A stretch of 64,000 nt of DNA from Candidatus Latescibacterota bacterium (lineage in GTDB: Bacteria; Latescibacterota; UBA2968; UBA8231). Location of the stretch: NCBI GenBank assembly GCA_965215195.1, contig CBDCDC010000001.1, positions 768,001 through 832,000 of the forward strand, written 5' to 3'. Positions 57,883-64,000 of the stretch are shown piece after piece. Position numbers and translations under genes: made by a program. Position 1 is the first letter of the stretch; each line of letters starts with the position of its first letter. The notes under the pieces were generated by a model. That model had not been told where the DNA came from and searched no databases. It worked only from the letters and a program-made list of their open reading frames with translations.

Positions 57883-58689
57883 ATGCCCGAACTGCCCGAA
57901 GTAGAAACCGTCCGCAGCGCCATGGAGTGCCACCTGCTAGGCCGGCCGATCGCCCGCGTCCGCGTCAGTACAAAGCACCTGCGCGAGCCTTTGCCAAAGG
58001 CCGCGTTGCGCTCCTTGGTCGGGGATTGCTTTGCGGCCGCTCGCCGCCGCGCCAAATTCCTCCTCCTCGACCTGCAATCGGGCCGGACGCTCCTAGTCCA
58101 TCTCGGCATGAGCGGCAACCTGCTCCTGCGGCCGTGGGGCACTAAGCACGACCACGTGGGATTTGAGTTTGCCGACGGAGGTGCTGTGGCGTTCAACGAT
58201 CCGCGGCGCTTTGGCCTGGTGCTGGTGCTTGACGAGGGCGAGGAGCGCACGTGCCGCTACTTGCAAAACCTCGGCCCGGAGCCACTCTCCCGCGCCTTCA
58301 ACGCCCGCTATCTCCAAGCCCAATGTCAGCGGCGCAAAAGCCCGATCAAGAACCTCATTATGGACAGCCGCACGGTCGTCGGCGTGGGCAATATCTACGC
58401 CAGCGAGGCCCTCTTCCGGGCGCGCATTCATCCGGCGACCCCGGCTGCGGCCATTGATCCGCCGCGCTTGGCCCTGCTCGCCAAGGAGATCAAAAAGGTG
58501 CTGCGCGTCGCCATCGGCCAAGGCGGCACGACCATCAGCGATTATCGGGGTTCGGGCGCGGGCGGGCGCTTTCAGCAGCGGCTCCACGTGTACGGCCGCC
58601 GCGGCGAGGGCTGCCGCGTCTGCGACGCGCCCATCGAAAGCCTCTACTTGGGTGGTCGCAACACCTTCTATTGCCCGAGTTGCCAATAA
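57883..58689 (+). CDS. mutM: Formamidopyrimidine-DNA glycosylase
   Basis: MPELPEVE, HLGMSG, DPRRFG, GVGNIYASE, C-terminal zinc finger CPSCQ. Confidence 0.97.
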   Translation: MPELPEVETVRSAMECHLLGRPIARVRVSTKHLREPLPKAALRSLVGDCFAAARRRAKFLLLDLQSGRTLLVHLGMSGNLLLRPWGTKHDHVGFEFADGGAVAFNDPRRFGLVLVLDEGEERTCRYLQNLGPEPLSRAFNARYLQAQCQRRKSPIKNLIMDSRTVVGVGNIYASEALFRARIHPATPAAAIDPPRLALLAKEIKKVLRVAIGQGGTTISDYRGSGAGGRFQQRLHVYGRRGEGCRVCDAPIESLYLGGRNTFYCPSCQ

Positions 58690-58743
58690 AAACGCCAGCC
58701 CCGTTTGGGACCGGCGCGATGAGCAAAAGACGCAGAGACGGCA

Positions 58744-59352
58744 CTACTTTTTGGCGTACCCGTTGGGCGAGGGGGCCGTGGTGGTGATTACGTCGTCGAG
58801 CAGGCCATACACCTTGGCTTCCTCGGCCGACATGAAAAAGTCGCGGTCCGTGTCCTTGGCGATTTTCTCGACGTCTTGGCCGGTGTGCTTGGCGTAGAGC
58901 GCGTTTAATTCTTCGCGCAGGCGAATGGTCTCCTTGGCGCGGATGTCGAGGTCGGTAGCAGTGCCGGTGACGGTGTGCATAAGGAGTGGCTGGTGAATCA
59001 TAATCCGGGCGTGCGGCCAAGCGAAGCGACGCCCCGGCTCGCCGGCTGCGAGCAGGAACGAGCCCATGCTCATGGCCATGCCCATGCACACAGTGGAAAC
59101 AGGTGCCTGAATCGCCAGCATGGCGTCGTAGATAGCCATGCCATCGGGGACCGAGCCGCCGGGGCTGTTGATGTAGAGGACGATTTCTCTAGTTGGATCG
59201 TCGGCATCCAGCGAGAGCAAGCGGGTAACTACGGCCTTGGCCGACTCGTCGTTGACGTCGGACCAGAGAAATATTTTGCGCGCTTTGTACAGGCTCTGCT
59301 CTAGGTTTTTTTCTTGGAGGACTTTGAGCAAATCTTCGTCTTTTTCGGCCAT
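58744..59352 (-). CDS. clpP: ATP-dependent Clp protease proteolytic subunit
   Basis: YINSPGGSV, GMAMSMGSFLL, IMIHQP, DTDRDFFMSAEEAK.YGL.D. Confidence 0.95.
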   Translation of the reverse strand: MAEKDEDLLKVLQEKNLEQSLYKARKIFLWSDVNDESAKAVVTRLLSLDADDPTREIVLYINSPGGSVPDGMAIYDAMLAIQAPVSTVCMGMAMSMGSFLLAAGEPGRRFAWPHARIMIHQPLLMHTVTGTATDLDIRAKETIRLREELNALYAKHTGQDVEKIAKDTDRDFFMSAEEAKVYGLLDDVITTTAPSPNGYAKK

Positions 59353-59381
59353 TAAAACATCTCCATAATTTAATACGTACC

Positions 59382-60848
59382 GTGTTCGGGCTTCACAATA
59401 TACGAGGCGGCCCCAACAGCGTCAATCTGCTGGGCCTCGTCCTGCTGGGCGCATATACCTTGCTCAAGCTCTGGCTGATCGCCGATGTGGAACTGGGCAA
59501 GGACGAGGTCGTTTACTGGTATTGGGGCCAGCACCTCGACGCCTCCTACGCACTCTTGCCCCTAACCATCTTCAACCTAGCCCACGCGCTCTACCCGCAC
59601 CAAGAGTGGTTTCTGCGGCTGCCTTCTGCTTTGTTGGGCGCGTTTTCTACCGCGCTCGTCTATCGGCTTTGCAGAATGCAGGGCCTCGCCGCACGACTGG
59701 CGCTGTGGGCCACCGCTGCCTTCGCGCTCAACCATTGGACTTGGCACACCAGCTCCTACCTGCATCCCGATGGCTTCTTAGTCCCCTGTTGGCTGCTGGC
59801 CCTGTGCATGGCGCGGCAGGCCGCAGCAACCAACGCGCTGCGGCCCTATATATACACGGGCCTAGCAGCGGGTTTGGCCGTCCTGTGCAAGTACTCGGGG
59901 GCCTTTCTCGTGGCCGGACTGGGCCTGTGGATCGCGCTCGGCCAGCGTTGGCACCGGCTCGCCGCGTTCCTGCTGACCGCCTGCGCAGTCGCCGCCCCGC
60001 TCACCTACGCCCAGTTTAGCACCAGCTTCTACCTGCCGCAGACGCTGAGTACTCTTTCGCGCATCGACGATCTTGGCCATCCCCTTTCGCGCCTGCTCTT
60101 CTTTGCGGTCAGTCCGCTCTTTTTTATATCGCCGTTTTTGCTGTTCCTGCTCTATGCCGGCTTGGTGCGGGCGGCCAAACGGCGCGACCACCTCGCCCTG
60201 CTCCCGGCGCTCTGCACCATCGGCGTCTTTTTGTTGTTCGCGCTCGGTCGCGGTCAGATCAAAGGCAACTGGCTCCTGCCGGGCTTGCTGAGCCTGTGGC
60301 CTGTGGCGTTCGCTGCACAGCCTAGACGCTGGCTGCTCGTCGCCCTCGTCGCCACCGGGTTGCTGCAAGCGCTCGCCATCGGCTTGGGACTGAAATATCC
60401 CGGCCTCTACAGCGACCTCGCCGCACGCAGCGGGCTGGACAAAAGCTATGTTGGTTTGGTGTCGCAGGAAGACCAAGTCCGCGAGCCTTCGTACTCGTGG
60501 AGCGAACGGCTCTGCGAGTACAGCGGCTGGCACCGCTTCGCGGCCGACGTGGAGGAGGTTATTCCGCCGCTGCCGCTGCTGAGCACGCAGTACAGCATCC
60601 CGTTCGCGCTGGCGTATTACGGGAGGACCGAGCGGGAGTACTACACGGTTGATGATCCTCGGTTTCGGGGTTTGACGGATTTTTGCGAGCCCTATCCAGC
60701 AGAAGTGCTCTTCGCGGTGCGAACGGGCGGCAAGGTCCCCGAATCGCTGCACACTACGTATCCTCAGCGGGAATTGATCGCAGAAATAGCTCGCGGCCGC
60801 GACGGCTGTCCCTCAGTGTCCTATCGGATCTTCTGCTTGAGACGCTGA
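59382..60848 (+). CDS. ArnT/PMT-like (GT39/GT83) membrane glycosyltransferase
   Basis: DEVVYWYWG, LRLPS, GLA.LCKYSG, many TM helices; start uncertain. Confidence 0.78.
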   Translation: MFGLHNIRGGPNSVNLLGLVLLGAYTLLKLWLIADVELGKDEVVYWYWGQHLDASYALLPLTIFNLAHALYPHQEWFLRLPSALLGAFSTALVYRLCRMQGLAARLALWATAAFALNHWTWHTSSYLHPDGFLVPCWLLALCMARQAAATNALRPYIYTGLAAGLAVLCKYSGAFLVAGLGLWIALGQRWHRLAAFLLTACAVAAPLTYAQFSTSFYLPQTLSTLSRIDDLGHPLSRLLFFAVSPLFFISPFLLFLLYAGLVRAAKRRDHLALLPALCTIGVFLLFALGRGQIKGNWLLPGLLSLWPVAFAAQPRRWLLVALVATGLLQALAIGLGLKYPGLYSDLAARSGLDKSYVGLVSQEDQVREPSYSWSERLCEYSGWHRFAADVEEVIPPLPLLSTQYSIPFALAYYGRTEREYYTVDDPRFRGLTDFCEPYPAEVLFAVRTGGKVPESLHTTYPQRELIAEIARGRDGCPSVSYRIFCLRR

Positions 60849-63800
60849 TCCGCTCGCTCTACTCAGACCCTCCCCTTTCCGCTCAAACGCCGACGCCATA
60901 ATCCGCTGCATCGCCGTGCGGAAATCATCGAAAAAGGTGTAAAACAGGGGCACCAATAGCAGCGTCAACACCATGGAAGCCAAGAGCCCCCCGATCATCG
61001 TCCGGCCCAGCGGCGCGTAGGCCAAGCCCACCATCTTGGAATTGCCCGCAGCCATTGGGAGCAACCCGAAAGCGGTGGTGAAGGTCGTCATCAGGATCGG
61101 CCGGAAGCGATGGCGGCCGGCCTCCATGAGCGCGTCGTAGCGCGACTTGCCCTCGGCCCGCAGCCGGTTGGCCAAATCGATCAGCACGATGGCGTTGTTG
61201 ACCACCACGCCGATCAGGATCACCGAGCCGATCATCGACATGATTTCAAAGGGCGTGTCGGTCAGATATAGAACCCAGTAAACCCCGAGGAAGGAGAATG
61301 GGATCGACACGATCACCGACAGCGGCAGCACAAACGACTCGAAGAGCACCCCCATCAGCAAAAAGACAAAGGTCACGGACATGATGAGGGCGAATTTCTG
61401 CGACTGGTCCTGTTCTTCTAGTTCCACAAAGCGGGCCCCCTTGTCCCAGCGGTAGCCGCGCGGCATCTCAAAGCCCTGCATCACCTGATCGACTTGGGCG
61501 AAAAGATGTTGGGCCCGGTCCTCAGAGGCGCGGGCGCTGACATTGAGCATGGTCTGCCGGTTCTCGCGCCGGATATTGCCCAAGGTGCGCTCGACGTAGA
61601 TGTCCGCCAGCGCTTCGAGGGACACTTCGCGCTCATCGGCAGTGGGGAAGCTCTGGTTGCGCAGATCGTCTAGGCTCTGGCTGTCGTACTGGGCTAGCTG
61701 TACGCGGATATTGACCTCGCGGCCATCGTCGGTGTGGAACTTGTTGATATCCGTGCCGCGCAATGCGTAGGCGATGCCTCCCGAAATCTGTTGGGGGTCC
61801 ACGCCGAAGCGCTGCACTTGGTCGCGGTTGAGGCGCACCTGTAGCTCGGTGCCGCCGCGGTCCATATCGGTGTTGACCGACAGCAAGCCGGGGATGCTCT
61901 CCAGCCGCCGTTCAACCTCGGCGGCCAGCTCGATCAGTACCTCGGTGTCCTCGCCATACAGGCTGACGTTGACTCGGGGATCCTGTTCGGAGTTTTCCCA
62001 GTTGACCCGCAAGTTGACGCCCGGTGGCAAGTAGAGCCGCTCGCGAAGCTCCTTTTCGACCTCCTTGTAGGAGAGGTATGCTCGTTCCTTCAGGCCCAGC
62101 GCGACGCTCAAATTGTCCCAAGCCACCTCATACCACTCCACGTCCTCCTCTTCGGCGAAAAACAGCGTCACCCGGCCCCAGCCACGGCGGAAGTAGGTGC
62201 GCAGCATCTCGACGTTGTACGCGGCTTGGCGGGCCATCACCGTGTCTTCGACCGCGGTCATAAACTGCTCGGCTTGGTCCAGCGACTGGCCCGAAGGCAT
62301 CTCAAAGGCCAAGTCCATCCGCACCTCGTTGCGCTCCTGATTGTCGGTGCGCTCCATGCCATTCAGCGGGATCTGGATGCTGGCGAACAGGACCAAGGCG
62401 ATGACGAAGGCGTCGAGGCGATTGTTCAGCACCCAGCCCAGCGAGCGCACGTAGTGCTTGCGGCACCAGACGATCACGCGCGGCTCTCCCTTTTCCTTAC
62501 TCGTCGCCAGCTTGAGCGCGGCGAGGGGGATAAAGACCAAGGCGATGAGCAGCGAGGCCACCAGCCCTGCGATGACCGGCAGGCCGATTCTGAGCATCCA
62601 GAACGAAAACATCTGCTCGTCGCTCATCAGAATCAGGGGCAGGAAGACCACTACCGTCGTCAGCGTTGCCATGGTCACCGCCAGCCCCACCTCGCCGGCC
62701 CCTTCAACCGAAGCCGTGCGCGGGGCGATGCCTTCTTGGCGCTTGCGGTAGATGTTTTCGACGATGACGATGGCGTTGTCAACCACCAGTCCTAGGCTCA
62801 GCATCAGGCCCATCATCGTCGCCATATTCAACGACCAGCCTATGAAGTACAGGGCGGTAATCGTCGCCAGAATCGACAGCGGAATCGCCAAGGTGATGAT
62901 CAGGGTGATGCGCACTGCGCGCAAAAAGAAAAAGAGCACTATGGCCGCAAACAGCCCACCCCACAGGCCGGAGTTTTTGAGATTGTCGACCGAGTTGGTC
63001 ACTTGGTCGCCTTGGTTCCAGACCAGCTTGAAATCCAAACCTTTGAGCTGGGGATGATCCTGCAGCTTCTCCATCGCCTCCTTCACGCCGTCGGCGACCT
63101 CCACGACATTGGCCCCCGATGCCTTAGTGACGCCGAAGGCCATCGCCTCCTTGCGGTCAATGCGGTTGACCCAGTCCTTGGTCGGCTGCTTGTAGGAAAC
63201 CTCGGCAATGTCGCCCAGTCGCAGCTGGTGCTCGGGATCGACCACGGTGTTGGCGATCGCTTCGATGTCCTCGAAGCGGCCCACCGAACGCACATAGATC
63301 TTCTTGCCGCCCTCGATCACCCAGCCCCCGGGCACCGTGAGGTTTTGGCTGCGCAGGCTGTTGAGCGCCTCAAAGACGTTGATCCGGTGGCTGCGCACCT
63401 TGCCCTGGTCCAACTCGACGATCACCTGTTTGCTGGGCAAGCCCCAAAACTCAATGTTGCCGACCCCATCGACGCGGCGCAGCGCCGGCTCCAAATAGGT
63501 GTCGATGAGCTGGCGCGGGTCGGCGCGTTGGACCTCGAAGGTGATGACGCCCTCCATGATCGGGATGTCGTTTTGATCCCAGCGCCGGACCCACAGTTGC
63601 TCGATCTCGTCGGGCAGCTCGGGCATTATCCGATCGAGCCGGTCCTTCATCTCGGCGAAAGCCAATTGCAGGTCCGTGCCCTTCTGGAATTCGACCTGGA
63701 CATTGCCGCCGCCACTGTAGGCGTTGGAGCGGAGCCGCTTGACCCGGCTGACTTGGGCGACGGCCTCTTCGAGGTGATGCACCACTTTCTGCTCCACTTC

Positions 63801-63992
63801 GACCGCTCCGGCGTTGGGATAGTTGGCCCAAGCGAACAGCCGGGGATAGTCAAAGCCTTCGGGGAAAAGCGTCAGCGGGATCCGCGTGTAGGCGATGTAG
63901 CCCACCACTAACAGCGCGACCAGCGACATCACCACGGTCACCGGCCGGTTGACCGAAAAGCGCGGCAGGGGGTAGTGGGTTGGCTTTTCCAT
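60813..63992 (-). CDS. RND efflux permease (AcrB/AcrD/AcrF family)
   Basis: GLVVDNAIVIVENI, GVVVNNAIVL.D, RFRPILMTT. Confidence 0.95.
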   Translation of the reverse strand: MEKPTHYPLPRFSVNRPVTVVMSLVALLVVGYIAYTRIPLTLFPEGFDYPRLFAWANYPNAGAVEVEQKVVHHLEEAVAQVSRVKRLRSNAYSGGGNVQVEFQKGTDLQLAFAEMKDRLDRIMPELPDEIEQLWVRRWDQNDIPIMEGVITFEVQRADPRQLIDTYLEPALRRVDGVGNIEFWGLPSKQVIVELDQGKVRSHRINVFEALNSLRSQNLTVPGGWVIEGGKKIYVRSVGRFEDIEAIANTVVDPEHQLRLGDIAEVSYKQPTKDWVNRIDRKEAMAFGVTKASGANVVEVADGVKEAMEKLQDHPQLKGLDFKLVWNQGDQVTNSVDNLKNSGLWGGLFAAIVLFFFLRAVRITLIITLAIPLSILATITALYFIGWSLNMATMMGLMLSLGLVVDNAIVIVENIYRKRQEGIAPRTASVEGAGEVGLAVTMATLTTVVVFLPLILMSDEQMFSFWMLRIGLPVIAGLVASLLIALVFIPLAALKLATSKEKGEPRVIVWCRKHYVRSLGWVLNNRLDAFVIALVLFASIQIPLNGMERTDNQERNEVRMDLAFEMPSGQSLDQAEQFMTAVEDTVMARQAAYNVEMLRTYFRRGWGRVTLFFAEEEDVEWYEVAWDNLSVALGLKERAYLSYKEVEKELRERLYLPPGVNLRVNWENSEQDPRVNVSLYGEDTEVLIELAAEVERRLESIPGLLSVNTDMDRGGTELQVRLNRDQVQRFGVDPQQISGGIAYALRGTDINKFHTDDGREVNIRVQLAQYDSQSLDDLRNQSFPTADEREVSLEALADIYVERTLGNIRRENRQTMLNVSARASEDRAQHLFAQVDQVMQGFEMPRGYRWDKGARFVELEEQDQSQKFALIMSVTFVFLLMGVLFESFVLPLSVIVSIPFSFLGVYWVLYLTDTPFEIMSMIGSVILIGVVVNNAIVLIDLANRLRAEGKSRYDALMEAGRHRFRPILMTTFTTAFGLLPMAAGNSKMVGLAYAPLGRTMIGGLLASMVLTLLLVPLFYTFFDDFRTAMQRIMASAFERKGEGLSRASGSASQAEDPIGH

Positions 63993-64000
63993 GGATTCCT

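Overview
Bacterial chromosomal window with GC-rich housekeeping flanks. The left flank has PhyH dioxygenases, an APH(6)-like kinase, mnmA, ahcY and pckA. The right flank has nurA/HAS-barrel/herA, TPR and FlgD-Ig surface proteins, mutM, clpP and an RND pump. Gene content resembles Latescibacterota/Poribacteria-like genomes (inference only). The centre (about 8.4-38.4 kb) holds an apparently uncharacterised system. An ECF sigma/ZAS anti-sigma pair precedes four tandem, diversified cassettes: [ECF-type promoter]-[~310 aa secreted protein]-[61-71 aa Sec-exported Cys-rich peptide]-[stem-loop]-[two ABC-2 permeases; absent from cassette 4]. Next come a DUF1573-like gene, a glycosyltransferase-transglutaminase fusion, a GT2, a TPR protein, and a sigma54-driven NEW3-domain/TolC/ABC-ATPase operon. 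The motif GTAAAAC-N17-CGTC lies upstream of the sigma gene and of all four cassettes. The first peptide gene is split by an IS5-family element and is not visible as one ORF. A 123-bp MITE derived from the same IS truncates the GT2 gene. Junction relics record tandem amplification. Also present: an RM cassette flanked by a 64-bp duplication of the herA 3' end, a frameshift-fused hicA-hicB, and REP-like palindromes. All family calls come from reading motifs; no database searches were run.
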